From an uncultured Acidobacteriota bacterium (GTDB lineage Bacteria; Acidobacteriota; UBA6911; RPQK01; JAPXNP01), in the NCBI GenBank assembly GCA_963777605.1, contig CAVZRV010000035.1, positions 64,001 to 128,000 of the forward strand: DNA of 64,000 bases, written 5' to 3'. The position numbers and the translations under genes were made by a program. Of this stretch, positions 42,027 through 52,515 are shown in pieces; within the stretch, counting starts at the first letter, position 1, and every line of letters starts with the position of its first letter. The notes beneath the pieces are model-generated. The model saw only the letters and a list, made by a program, of their open reading frames with translations. It did no database searches and was not told the origin of the DNA.

Positions 42027-42809
42027 GTGAGTATCAGAATACTGGCTTTGGCATTGTTTCTGGCGGGCATTGGAGTACCTGCAAGAGCCTCCTCCTGTGT
42101 AACCGTCGGTGAGGCTGAGATCCAGCGCCTGTGTAATGGTCCCCTTCTGAACCGATCGATCCCTTGCGAACGTCCCTCAGGACTCAGAGCCGACCTCGAC
42201 GGTGACGGGAGCTGGAGACGGTCATTGCATCGGCCAGCAATGACCTGGAAACCGGCTTCCTGACGGTTGTCTCGGAATCGGATACCGTGGTCTTCCAGCT
42301 TCCCTTCGGCGGTGCGAGTTATGGGTCTGACCCGTACAACCTTCGGTGCGTGAACCGTGGCAAGTCGATGCCACTCGGAATCGTGGCCCCGTTTGGCGTG
42401 CTCGGGAGTACCTTTGCAGGGACCTACAACGTCCTGCTGAGCTGGTCCAGGAGGATATTATGTCTACACAAGGATTTTCACGCCGGGTGGCGACGTCACG
42501 ACAGAAGACCTAAATGGCGACGGTATCGACGAGATCCTGGTCCAGAGTTACGTGAACGACTATCCACCGATGACCGTGTTCTGGTGGGACGTATACGAAT
42601 GGACGGATTCAGCGCCTCAACTCGCAAATGCTGCCTTCCCGGAGTTTTTCAAGAGAAAGATCGAAGAGTATTACCAACCCAACGTCGACAAGGCACAGTC
42701 TGTCCAGCCAGAATCCAAACTAGACAAACGCTTATGGAAGGAGTTCCTGGACGTCAATCGCAAGATGATTTCCCAGGCACAAGGGATCATCGAAGAAGCG
42801 GAGCAATAA
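42027..42809 (+). pseudogene. Secreted hypothetical protein in at least 3 frameshifted pieces
   Basis: Signal peptide and ADLDGDG; later EDLNGDGIDEILVQSYVNDYPPMTVFWWDVYEW in another frame. Confidence 0.55.
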
Positions 42810-42887
42810 TCCAACGCAAAAAGGCCACCTTGAATCTGCCTCCCTCCGGCTCACCGCCACTCTCACGGGTGAAGAATTGGTCATGAA

Positions 42888-43013
42888 TGGTAGGTGCCGA
42901 TCTGTCTCGGCTGGATCGTAACTGGCGATTTGGTTAAGGTTTGGCAGGAATTGGGAGAGCGTTTCCGTCTAGCTGCAAAACCTTTATTCAGCGGTTCGAA
43001 TCCGCTCGCCGCC
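42888..43013 (+). repeat. Second direct copy of the tRNA-Cys att block (CCA end lost)
   Basis: Co-linear with 40765-40890 at an offset of 2123 bp. Confidence 0.88.
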
Positions 43014-43522
43014 GCCGGCCACGTGATCCAACTTCGAAGCCTGAAGACCCACGAGTCGATCCGGAATTGGGCAGGCAAATGACGCGATCCCGAGAGTCGA
43101 CAGGCCCGTTGTTTCATCTGCCGGTTCCGGGGGCCAGATTCCGGACCTCCAAACCACTCGTCTTGGGGGGCTCGGTGCACGCAGCGAGTGTTGAGGGATT
43201 CTTCGCAATTTCCGGAAACCGTCGCAGCGGAGACAACAACGTAAAGGAATGGCTGAGCCGTGGTAGAGAAGACCGAGTTGGGCGCTGCAATCCCAACTCG
43301 TCCATTTAGCAGGCTCCCTCATCTAGATGCCGGGAGACGAAAAATCCAAGATTTGTTTTGAGGTTTTCCACCTTTGGACGCTCTTGACTAGTAGAAGGGA
43401 AGAACCTCGGTTTCCTGGTTATTTTCGGTTGGTATGTGCCGTCAGGGCTTTTTGGCCTCTGTGGCAGTAGTTTGCCTGCTGGTTTCAGGCATTGCTTTGA
43501 CGGGATTCTCTGCCCTTTGGGG

Positions 43523-43906
43523 GGCACTGTCAAGTCGATGGGCTCGTTGAGAAAATACAGGAATGAACTCGCTCTTCAAAGGTCATCGTTTTCCTGCTGA
43601 GATCATTGGTTATGAAGATTCAGGGCCAACAGTTCTATCTTTGGAGAGCAGTCGATCAGGATGGCGATGTTCTCGACATCCTGGCAACCAAGAGGCGAAA
43701 CACGAAAGCAGCTAAGCGGTTCTTCCGTAAGGTGTTGAAAGGACAAGGGGAACCGCCGTGGAAACTGATCACCGACAAGCTTAGCAGGCTACTCCGCGAC
43801 AGAGCTTTCTCCCATTGGAGAGAGGTGACCTGCGCCCGCTGAGCAGCACTCTGCCTGGGCGTTTTCTGTCTTCAAATCTCATGGCCACCATTAACTTGAC
43901 AGCGCC
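43523..43906 (+). mobile_element. Internally deleted IS6-family element
   Basis: IRs GGCACTGTCAAGT / ACTTGACAGCGCC; remnants FKGHRFPAEII, YLWRAVDQDGDVLDIL...AAKRFFRKVL...ITDKL and RAFSHWREVTCA. Confidence 0.85.
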
Positions 43907-43951
43907 CGACCTCAGTGAGTGATGAGCCGGCGTTGCACTTTGGTATACTTT

Positions 43952-43965
43952 TGCACTATAGTGCA
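43952..43965. promoter_or_regulatory. Putative TetR operator
   Basis: Perfect palindrome TGCACTATAGTGCA ending 6 bp before the tetR ATG; half-site TTGCACT at 43933. Confidence 0.65.
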
Positions 43966-43971
43966 TACCCA

Positions 43972-44571
43972 ATGAACCCGATTCCGACTCGGGCACCATC
44001 TTGGACGACGACATCAGATCGGATCTACAGGGCCGCGATCTCGTTGTTTCGGCGGAGGGACTTCACTGAAGTGACGATCGAAGACATCACTTCTGCGGCC
44101 AAGACCTGTCGACGTACCTTCTTCAACCATTTCCCCACGAAGGAGCACGTTCTGGCCCGCCTCCACCAGGAACTGACGGCAGACTGTCTGGCACGGGCGG
44201 AGAAGGCCACACCGCACGACGGCTGGGAACGCATCGATGCCGCCTTTGATGCCTTTGCTGTCGCGGTCATGGCCGAACCCATCCTGGGCAGATCACTGCT
44301 TCGGTTGGTCTTCGTGAGTGATGTCCTGGCCAGCCAGGACCAGCAGGACGTTCTGATTCTCGGCGACTGGTTGAGACGCCAACTGCACGCCGCCATTGCC
44401 GCGGGCACGCTCGGGCACTGGATCGACCTCGAGACTGCTGGCTCACTGCTGATGGGGATTCTCAGTTCCGGCACGACGCAGTGGCTGACCTCGTTTCCGA
44501 ACGCATCGGTGCCACTCGATCGGGATTTTCGGTCGAAGCTGCAATTGGTCCGCAAAGGAATGGAGACCTAA
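43972..44571 (+). CDS. TetR/AcrR family regulator
   Basis: RIYRAAISLF...VTIEDITSAAKTCRRTFFNHFPTKE. Confidence 0.9.
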   Translation: MNPIPTRAPSWTTTSDRIYRAAISLFRRRDFTEVTIEDITSAAKTCRRTFFNHFPTKEHVLARLHQELTADCLARAEKATPHDGWERIDAAFDAFAVAVMAEPILGRSLLRLVFVSDVLASQDQQDVLILGDWLRRQLHAAIAAGTLGHWIDLETAGSLLMGILSSGTTQWLTSFPNASVPLDRDFRSKLQLVRKGMET

Positions 44572-45774
44572 GTGAGATTACTGTACCGACTCAGTTCGGC
44601 CCTCGCGATAGTAGTTCTGGTTCTCGGATGGGTCCTATACCTGGCGCGCAACTCGGCCGTGGCCGTCGTCATGGACCTGCTGCCCGTAGCCCTGACGCTC
44701 TTCGGCTTCAGCGTGTTGCTTTCGCTCGTGATCGTCCTGAGCTCGGCTCGAATGCGTTGGCCAACCGTCGTCGTGGCCATCGCTGCGCTGGTTGGGCTGG
44801 GATTCTCGCTTTGGAGCCTCGTCACCAGAGTTCCCAGCGAGGACGTGGTCTTCACGAGCGGATCCGTCGAACTCAGGGGCACGGTCTATTCTGCCCAGAC
44901 GGAGAGTCACCCTCCGGGGGTTGTCCTCGTCCATGGTTCGGGGCGGGAAACCCGGTCGGAGCACCGGTTTTACGCCCGTTTTCTGGCCCAGAGAGGAATC
45001 ACCACGCTGGCTTTCGACAAACGCGGAGCCGGGGCATCCGGTGGTAGCACGTACGAAGCGGACTACCTTGACTATGCCGACGATGTCGTGGCGGCGGTCG
45101 AATGCCTTTCACGGATGCCTAATGTGGATCCAAACCGGATTGGGCTGGTCGGCTTCAGCGAAGCGGAGTGGGTTGCCCCGGTTGCGGAGAACCGCTCGGA
45201 CTCGATCGCATTCATCGTGATCATTGGGGCGTCGGGGTTGCGGCCTGTCGACCAGGTCGAGGAAGAAATTCGACTTCGACTCGAAAGGAAGGGCTTTGCC
45301 GAAGCTGATGTGCAGAAGGCGGAAGCACTTTATCGCCTCTACTCAGACTATCTCCGCGGAAAGGCCGATGCCCCTCGAGTGCGGGCCGAGATTGAGAATG
45401 CCTCCCGAACCCCCTGGTTTGCGGCTGCAGAGGATCTCCCCGATCAGGTGTATCCACGCGGGGAGTACGCCTGGTGGCGTCGAGTGATGGATTTTGACCC
45501 GTCACCGTACTGGCGCCGGGTTGACGTGCCCGTCCTGCTACTCAAAGGAACGGAGGACGATCGCTCCGCGGCAGCGCCCTCCGCCCAACGCCTCGAGGCC
45601 ATGATTTCCGCTCCGTGCGATGTGCGCCTTTTCCAGGGAGCCGATCACATGCTGCTTCAGTGGCCCATCGCTCCAAGGGTTCCCCCTCCCGTTTTTGCTG
45701 ACGGATATCCCCAGATCGTAGCCGACTGGATCCTCAGGACCGTTCGGGGCCCGGAGGAGAATACTGGGCCATAG
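44572..45774 (+). CDS. Membrane-anchored alpha/beta hydrolase (S9/S15-like)
   Basis: Three N-terminal TMs; VHGSG, DKRGAG, nucleophile elbow GFSEA, GTEDD and GADH. Confidence 0.85.
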   Translation: MRLLYRLSSALAIVVLVLGWVLYLARNSAVAVVMDLLPVALTLFGFSVLLSLVIVLSSARMRWPTVVVAIAALVGLGFSLWSLVTRVPSEDVVFTSGSVELRGTVYSAQTESHPPGVVLVHGSGRETRSEHRFYARFLAQRGITTLAFDKRGAGASGGSTYEADYLDYADDVVAAVECLSRMPNVDPNRIGLVGFSEAEWVAPVAENRSDSIAFIVIIGASGLRPVDQVEEEIRLRLERKGFAEADVQKAEALYRLYSDYLRGKADAPRVRAEIENASRTPWFAAAEDLPDQVYPRGEYAWWRRVMDFDPSPYWRRVDVPVLLLKGTEDDRSAAAPSAQRLEAMISAPCDVRLFQGADHMLLQWPIAPRVPPPVFADGYPQIVADWILRTVRGPEENTGP

Positions 45775-45869
45775 CCCTCCTCGGCGCGCAGGGTTTCTTC
45801 CAGGAGTCTTCCAGAAGCGGAGAGGAACGGAAGAAGGGCCGGCAGTGGCCACCGGCCCGGAGGGACGAC

Positions 45870-46109
45870 TCAGTCGGAAGCCGGGGGCTCCTGGAGTTCC
45901 AGGATTCGCGAGTAGGCGAGATCGGCGACCTTGGCGAGGACGAGCAGGTCATCGCGGCTGAAGCTGCGGGTGGTCTTCCACGAGTCGCCGTCCTTATAGA
46001 GGCGCTCGAAGGTGACCGAGTGTCGGATCCCTCCCGAGTTGTCGTTCGCCCAGATGGCGGCTTTGATGGAACCGATTCGGACCGTCGCTGTGGGTTTTGT
46101 GTTTGCCAT
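45870..46109 (-). CDS. Small mobile-element-associated protein, putative PC4-like ssDNA-binding fold
   Basis: KPTATVRIGSIKAAIWAN...VTFERLYKDGDSWKTTRSFSRDDL; AGGAG RBS. Confidence 0.7.
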   Translation of the reverse strand: MANTKPTATVRIGSIKAAIWANDNSGGIRHSVTFERLYKDGDSWKTTRSFSRDDLLVLAKVADLAYSRILELQEPPASD

Positions 46110-47184
46110 GATTTGTTTCTCCTTTTCTGTGTGATTTTTCTTTCGCCCCGAACTTGAAGAAAAATCCACAGAACTCGAAGGGAGAAACCCGCACCCGGTC
46201 GGCGAGGGGCGAAAAGTCCGGACAGGCAACAGGAATGACAGGCTCGCCCCTGGCGTGACCGTTGCCCGGACCGCCCAACGTCGATCGGATAAAGAGCGGG
46301 CATGGCGGATCGGAAACCCAGACGACGTCCAGAGAAGTTCGAGGCGGGACAGACTGGGCTCATAACTCGAAGGGGGCGCCTACCGGTCCAGCGAAAGCGT
46401 CGATGAAACGGCGATAAAGGTGGACGAGCACGCTGTGTGGCTATTTGCGACACGAAGTCGTTTGATGAAGTTGTCCCCACGTAGTGTCGGGGGCCACCCG
46501 TACCAACGGGTGAATCTAGGGGCATGAATCAAGAGCTGCCCTGACAATGTAACGAAGCGCGACAGTTGGTCGCGCGGGACGCAAATCGCGAGAGGCGTGC
46601 CCTCCCGGCACCCACAAACCGGGTGAGTGCTAGATAGCGGGCCAAGGTGAAGATATCTAAATCTGTGATAAAGATCGTGAACCGCAGCAAGCGTAAGTGG
46701 TTGAGACGCTTGACCAAACGGTATTGGAGGCGGGTAGAACGTTTAGAGCCTGCGTTCTCGTGGTCCACACGCCTCTCGGTCAATAGCAGACACCTAACCC
46801 CGCGCACTTCTCAATCGGAACGTGGAAACCCGTATCGCTCCCTGACTAGCCGGGACAGCGGGCCGCGAAGTTCGCCTAGGCGGTGCGCGTTTGGGATGTC
46901 GGAAAAAGCGAAGGCCGCGACGTAATGTTGCGGATACAGGTTTCAACGTCACCCGGCACGAAAGTGACCCTACGTCCGACGGGTCTTTCGTCGCCAGAGA
47001 GTTTGGAGAACCGCCATCATGAGGAAAGGCAAATGACAGCCGTCCCATGAAGGTAAACTCCTTCAGCCGATCGCGCTGACCGTCAGACGGCGGTATATTC
47101 AGAGACACTGAAACCAGAAAGCTATCCGGGTTGGGCCGAAGGAGCAGCTCCGTACTCCGGATATTCGTCCAACAGGGGGAAAAC

Positions 47185-48159
47185 ATGCCTGCAGTCAATG
47201 ACACGCCACCCGAGTTCGTCGAACAAGACCTCAATCGTCTCCGGCAACATCTCGACGCTCAGCTGCCGGTCAAAGGAACGAACGAGAACGTTCTTCTCGC
47301 TACCTGGAATATCAGGGCGTTTGGCGATTTAACGAAGAAGTGGAGCAGCAGCCCGAACGACAGCCCCAAGAGGAATTTTCACGCTGTCGTCTGCATTGCC
47401 GAGATCATCTCTCGCTTTGACGTTGTCGCGGTCCAGGAGGTCAAAGGGAACATCCGAGCGTTGCGCTATCTGCTCAGGAAACTCGGCCCCCGGTGGGGAT
47501 TCCTCATGACCGACGTCACTCGCGGTGACCCGGGTAATGATGAGCGGATGGCGTTTCTTTTCGACACGGGGAGGGTCAAACCGTCCGGCCTGGCTTGCGA
47601 ACTCGTCGTTCCAGAACGAGTCCAAGGTGCCGTTCCTGACCCTGCTAGTGCTTTTCAACGCCAGTTCGTCCGAACCCCTTATGCCTGCAGTTTCCTGTCG
47701 GCGGGTAAAACCTTCATCCTCATTACACTACATGTCCTTTACGGCGAAACGCCCCGGGACCGAATTCCCGAACTCGAGGCAATCGCCAAATGGCTCCATG
47801 ACTGGGCCCGCGATTCCAACAGCTTCGATCACAGTCTGATCGCCCTTGGCGACTTCAATATTGATCGCGTGGGCGATCCGCTCTATCGGGCGTTCACATC
47901 CACCGGTTTGACGACACCCGCCGACCTGAATGCCGTCCCAAGGACGATCTTTGCCAAACCCGGCAAACCCCAACTGGACAAGCATTACGATCAGATTGCC
48001 TGGTTTGAAAACCGCCAGGGGATTGATCAGCTCTCGCTCACCTATCACCGCGGCGGATTCGTGGACTTCCGCGGCCTCGTCATGTCCGACATCTCCGACC
48101 AATCGCTTTCGTGGCGCATCTCCGATCACTTTCCGCTCTGGGCCGAGTTCACGGTCTGA
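47185..48159 (+). CDS. Endonuclease/exonuclease/phosphatase (DNase I-like) protein
   Basis: ATWNIRAF, AVQEV, LGDFNID, YDQI and ISDHFP motifs. Confidence 0.9.
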   Translation: MPAVNDTPPEFVEQDLNRLRQHLDAQLPVKGTNENVLLATWNIRAFGDLTKKWSSSPNDSPKRNFHAVVCIAEIISRFDVVAVQEVKGNIRALRYLLRKLGPRWGFLMTDVTRGDPGNDERMAFLFDTGRVKPSGLACELVVPERVQGAVPDPASAFQRQFVRTPYACSFLSAGKTFILITLHVLYGETPRDRIPELEAIAKWLHDWARDSNSFDHSLIALGDFNIDRVGDPLYRAFTSTGLTTPADLNAVPRTIFAKPGKPQLDKHYDQIAWFENRQGIDQLSLTYHRGGFVDFRGLVMSDISDQSLSWRISDHFPLWAEFTV

Positions 48160-48473
48160 TGGAACGTGTTGAAGGGAGCCGAATCCTGTTTCCACCTTTG
48201 CACCCGCCCAATACTGGCGCGGGACCTCAAACTCTCCAAGAATCTCATTTGAAACCAGATAATCGATATTATCCTTGAAGGTCTGCGAACCTCGAAGGGT
48301 GAACTTGACGGGCGCTTTGCTGTCTGAAATGGCTTTTGTATTCCTGTCTTGATACGATCTCAATAATTCAGAAAACGGCAGCCGACTCTGACATGGCGAA
48401 GATGAAGTTGGTGGACAGCACGGTGCCGTGCCGGGGCCAAGAGCGCGTCGAAGTTCAGTAAGGAGCCTGTCGA

Positions 48474-50141
48474 ATGCCCTTTCCTCTCGCCACGGTTCAG
48501 AGCGCACTGCAGGATCAATGGAATGTAGCCGTGATTGGTTCCGGCTACGGTGGTTCGATCATGGCGGCCCGGCTGGCCCAGGCGGGAGTCCCGCAGATCT
48601 GCGTGCTGGAACGGGGAAAGGAATGGCTGCCCGGCGACTTCCCGGACTCTCTTGGAGAGCTGGCAGACAACCTGCGATTGAGCAACCTGCCAGCCAACAG
48701 ATTGGGACTTTTCGACTACATGCTGAACAGCGAGATCGATGTGCTCCGGGGGAACGGCCTGGGTGGAACCTCCCTGATCAATGCCAATGTGGCGATTCGA
48801 CCGGACGACGAGTTCTTTGAAAAGGCCCACTGGCCCACCGAGATTCGGGAGCTTTTCAGCAGCGGCGAACTCTGGAACTACTACTCCCGGGCCGAGGTTG
48901 CCCTTGGTGTGATGCAACATCCCCGGGGAATGCAGCTTCGCAAGGTCCTGGCGATGAAGAGGAGAGCAGATCAGCTTCCTGGCAGTGACTTTCGACTTCT
49001 CAATCTGGCCGTAAACCATGACATCGATGGAGTGAACGATGAGGAGATCGAACAAAAGCCTTGCATCGATTGCGGCGACTGTTTTTCAGGCTGCAATGTC
49101 GGTGCCAAGAATACCCTGAACTTCAACTATCTTCCGATGGCCCGAAATGCCGGGGCGAGCATTTTCACCCGAATTGAGGTCTCTCACATCGAGGCGCGGG
49201 CAGATGGCAAGTATGTTGTCCATTACAACGCGAACGAAAACCATGGCCAGGGTCCGGAGCGCTTGCTGGTTGCCAATCATGTCATAGTCAGCGCCGGGGC
49301 TCTCGGCTCAACCGAGATTCTACTGCGATCAAAACAGAATGGCCTCGAGATTACCGGCCAGTTGGGTGCTCACTTTTCGGGCAACGCCGATTTCGTCGCG
49401 ATCGCATACAACAACAACGAACGCACGGATGTACTGGGGTATGGAAACCAGCCGGGAAGCATGCGCTCCGCAGTCAAGCCCGGACCCTCGATCGTGAGCG
49501 GGCTCAGCTATAACCGGAGCCTCGACTTTTCCCGCCGCTACATTGTGGAAGACTTTAGCTTTCCCCTCGCTCTGGTCGATGCCGCCCGACGCGCCTTTCC
49601 TTTCATTGTGGGACGCGACACGGACTCGGGAATCGCAGACAAGTTCCTGGAACTCCAACGCATGGGGATGGACCTGGTTTCCTGGAACCCGCTGGGAGCG
49701 CTGAATCGGACGATGGTCTACCTGGCGATGGGAGCCGATGACTCAGTCGGCAAGATCAGCCTCGATCCTTTGGGAAAGCTACGAATCGATTGGCCCGGGG
49801 TACCGGATCAGGCCATTTTTCGCGAAATGAACGCAGAGATTGAAAGGCATGCAGAGACACTCGGCGGGACCTTCATCGAGAACTTCCGATGGACTTTCCT
49901 GGGTGGCCGCAACCTGATCACGGTACATCCTCTGGGTGGTTGTCGGATGGCAAGAGATGCCGATCAGGGCGTGGTGGATGCCCGTGGAAGAGTCTACAAC
50001 GGCGAAGGAGGAGTGCACGCCGGGCTGTTCGTCGTCGACGGTTCGATGGTTCCGTCAGCTGCTGGGGTCAATCCTTTTCTAACGATTTCGGCTTTGTCCG
50101 AGAGAATCGCCGAGCAGTTGGCAGCCGAACTGACTTCGTGA
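48474..50141 (+). CDS. GMC oxidoreductase, cholesterol oxidase-like
   Basis: VIGSGYGGS, LERG, GLGGTSLINANV, CxxCGxCxxGC, TVHPLGGC and GVNPFLTI. Confidence 0.9.
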   Translation: MPFPLATVQSALQDQWNVAVIGSGYGGSIMAARLAQAGVPQICVLERGKEWLPGDFPDSLGELADNLRLSNLPANRLGLFDYMLNSEIDVLRGNGLGGTSLINANVAIRPDDEFFEKAHWPTEIRELFSSGELWNYYSRAEVALGVMQHPRGMQLRKVLAMKRRADQLPGSDFRLLNLAVNHDIDGVNDEEIEQKPCIDCGDCFSGCNVGAKNTLNFNYLPMARNAGASIFTRIEVSHIEARADGKYVVHYNANENHGQGPERLLVANHVIVSAGALGSTEILLRSKQNGLEITGQLGAHFSGNADFVAIAYNNNERTDVLGYGNQPGSMRSAVKPGPSIVSGLSYNRSLDFSRRYIVEDFSFPLALVDAARRAFPFIVGRDTDSGIADKFLELQRMGMDLVSWNPLGALNRTMVYLAMGADDSVGKISLDPLGKLRIDWPGVPDQAIFREMNAEIERHAETLGGTFIENFRWTFLGGRNLITVHPLGGCRMARDADQGVVDARGRVYNGEGGVHAGLFVVDGSMVPSAAGVNPFLTISALSERIAEQLAAELTS

Positions 50142-50205
50142 TGGGGGAGAGAACAATCCGTGACAGGACCTGATGACTAGCGAACTGAGAAATCAACGGG
50201 TAGTC

Positions 50206-50595
50206 ATGCCTACTATCGATGAACCACCACCCGCCTTTGTTGAAGAAGACCTCGAGCAGTTTCGATCACAGCCTGATCGCACTCGGCGACTTCAACAACG
50301 ACCGGATAGGGGATCCGCTCTATCAGGCCCTAACCTCCACCGGCCTGTCAACGCCGGCCGACCTGAATGCCGTCCCGAGAACGATCTTCGCTCAACCCAA
50401 CCAGCCTGAACTCGACAAGCACTACGATCAGAACGCTGGGTTGAAAGCCATCAAGGAATCGACCAACTGTCCCTCCGATACCGGCGCGGTGTCCTCGTCG
50501 ACTTTCGCGACCTGGTCATGCAGTCACTGTCAAACCAGTCCCTTTCCTGGCGCATCTCAGATCATTTTCCTCTATGGGCCGAGTTCACCGTCTGA
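50206..50595 (+). pseudogene. Internally deleted paralog of the EEP nuclease at 47185
   Basis: MPTIDEPPPAFVEEDL joined out of frame to SFDHSLIALGDFN...WRISDHFPLWAEFTV. Confidence 0.88.
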
Positions 50596-50854
50596 ATCAG
50601 TTCTCAGTAAGTTTCAGAGGAGAATTCAAAACCGGCAGGCTGCGTTCTTCTGGCGTTAAGTCAAGAGACCGGCGGATCTGTTTTGGGGACCAGGTCCTCG
50701 AAGCCTGCGTTCCCGCTGTCATTCCGGATGCCTCATTGACAGCGCGGCATCCCGGGCGTATACAGGAATCAACAGCTTTTTGCCTCTACTGCCCCACGGA
50801 ACTTAGTCAGCGATTCCGGGACAGAAGTCAGACCCCCGTAGGTGGAGGTGAGCC

Positions 50855-51460
50855 ATGGACTGGAGCGACCTGCGCGGTACTTGCACCGTCTTCCTTACGG
50901 TCACTACCTGGATTTCACTGTTTGTCTTCGGCGTGACGGTTAATTCCGATGCCTACCTGACCGCCATTTCCAGTAGCGGCACCGTCATGGGGGCAATCCC
51001 AAACCTGGCTGGTTACGTTCTTTCCGGGACCTGGACCAACGTCCTTTGCCTCTGCGTGATGGCCAGTCTCGCTGGCGAGTTCAGCCCGGATGCGATCGTA
51101 AGATCAAGATTGAAACCCGTGGTCCGTGCGGCCGTTGCGCTGGGTTTCCTGGTCTTTCTCGGGATCGCAACGGGGCAGTCGATCATCATGGGGAACATCT
51201 CCCTCCCCGAATCGGTTGCCGCGGCTGACGACGGGGGTGTCCCCACGGTCAGTCCCGGGCAGTACTTTCGGGTGGCTACTTTCGGTTCCCTTTTCAGTTT
51301 TCTGCTGGGCCTTCGACCGAGAGTCGTCGCCGGCCTGGTTGCGAAGATTCTAAGTCGGACTCCAGGCGAGGAGCAGGGTTCGAAGGCCGACCAGCAGTGG
51401 GTCATGGTTCGGAAGAGCCGGAATTTGTGGGAGGCTCCGACTTCCCCGGCCAGCCTGTGA
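50855..51460 (+). CDS. Hypothetical membrane protein
   Basis: GGAGG RBS; about 4 hydrophobic segments. Confidence 0.65.
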   Translation: MDWSDLRGTCTVFLTVTTWISLFVFGVTVNSDAYLTAISSSGTVMGAIPNLAGYVLSGTWTNVLCLCVMASLAGEFSPDAIVRSRLKPVVRAAVALGFLVFLGIATGQSIIMGNISLPESVAAADDGGVPTVSPGQYFRVATFGSLFSFLLGLRPRVVAGLVAKILSRTPGEEQGSKADQQWVMVRKSRNLWEAPTSPASL

Positions 51461-51578
51461 GCAGAAAATGCCCAGCCCACTCCGCGAGAAAGCCCGTCGG
51501 GCTGGTGAAGAGATTTGAAGCGCTGGTCCGAACGGGATCGTGTCGGGAACGGTCGGCCGAAACAACAGGAGGAAACGG

Positions 51579-52454
51579 ATGGAACGAGACGGGAAGCTCC
51601 GCTTAAAGCTAACGGATGTATATGGCGAAACGCTTAAGGAAAAGGTGGGGATTGGCCTACGCAATCAGACCCTCGGAGACCGGAGGAGAGTCAAAGCTGT
51701 CAGTGCCTCACGACGATTCACCATCACCGAACTTCTTGGCGCTCCCCAAGGCCTATACCAGGTGAAGGTCGATCCCCCCTCGTACCTTCCAATTCGGCAT
51801 TTCGTCAACCTCAGGGCGAGCGGGATCACCGACCATGAAATGACCTTCGCCATCGATCCCGGAAAGATCAAAAGCGTCAGATTTCCGCCCTACGAAGAGC
51901 TTGCAGCGGGCTCAAAGGACCTGTTGGATCGAAGCAGCAGCGTACTGTCCTTCGAGGGCCGGAGCGGCAAGACGCTCTACGAAGATCTTGACGATGTTCG
52001 GAGAGCCGGATTTCTGAACATCGCAACCAAGTGCAGCGCAACGCCTCTCGGAAACGAGCGGGCCGTGCTGCCTTACGTGGAGGAACTGCGGGAAATCCGG
52101 GGAGACCGCTTCTTCGTGCGGGTCCCCAAGGAGTTACGGGAAGAAGTCAAGAACAGCGTGGCGTTGGGTTTGTTTCGCTCGGTTGACGGTTCCCTGCACC
52201 ACCCGCCGGCCGGGTTCACGGATGCAGGGAGTTTCAAAACTGAGGATTCGTATGGCAATTTGCAGTTGACCTTCTTCATGAAAGAAAACGGGGAATGTGT
52301 GGCGGATATCGACATCGATGATGCCGCAGGGATCGGCCACGTCTTTCAAGTCCTCAAGAACACCCTCACCGGGCGGCCGACCCATCCCTACGATATCCAC
52401 GAAATTCTGGTCTTTCACCAGAAGCTCGACCCGGGATACCGATTTGTGGTCTGA
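51579..52454 (+). CDS. Hypothetical protein with an N-terminal beta-sandwich and an acidic/His-containing C-terminal motif
   Basis: AGGAGG RBS; GSFKTEDSYGNLQLTFF, ADIDIDDAAGIGHVFQV and THPYDIHEIL. Confidence 0.7.
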   Translation: MERDGKLRLKLTDVYGETLKEKVGIGLRNQTLGDRRRVKAVSASRRFTITELLGAPQGLYQVKVDPPSYLPIRHFVNLRASGITDHEMTFAIDPGKIKSVRFPPYEELAAGSKDLLDRSSSVLSFEGRSGKTLYEDLDDVRRAGFLNIATKCSATPLGNERAVLPYVEELREIRGDRFFVRVPKELREEVKNSVALGLFRSVDGSLHHPPAGFTDAGSFKTEDSYGNLQLTFFMKENGECVADIDIDDAAGIGHVFQVLKNTLTGRPTHPYDIHEILVFHQKLDPGYRFVV

Positions 52455-52515
52455 CCGCACCTGTCATCGCACCCCGACTCTTCTCTGCGGGAGAACGGGA
52501 AAGGAGAGCAAACCA

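Noticed and set aside
23314-43013. Functional or trans-spliced (split) tRNA genes
   Set aside because: Only 3' halves are seen; I found no 5' halves, D-arms or complementary leader sequences in the window
46555-46620. c-di-GMP-I riboswitch (GGGACGCAAA)
   Set aside because: The upstream GGCAAACC/GAAA-tetraloop stem is missing
32800-46900. Classical integron attC array
   Set aside because: Isolated GTTRRRY/RYYYAAC words occur (e.g. near 37119 and 46792), but there are no paired R/L boxes with consistent hairpins and no intI
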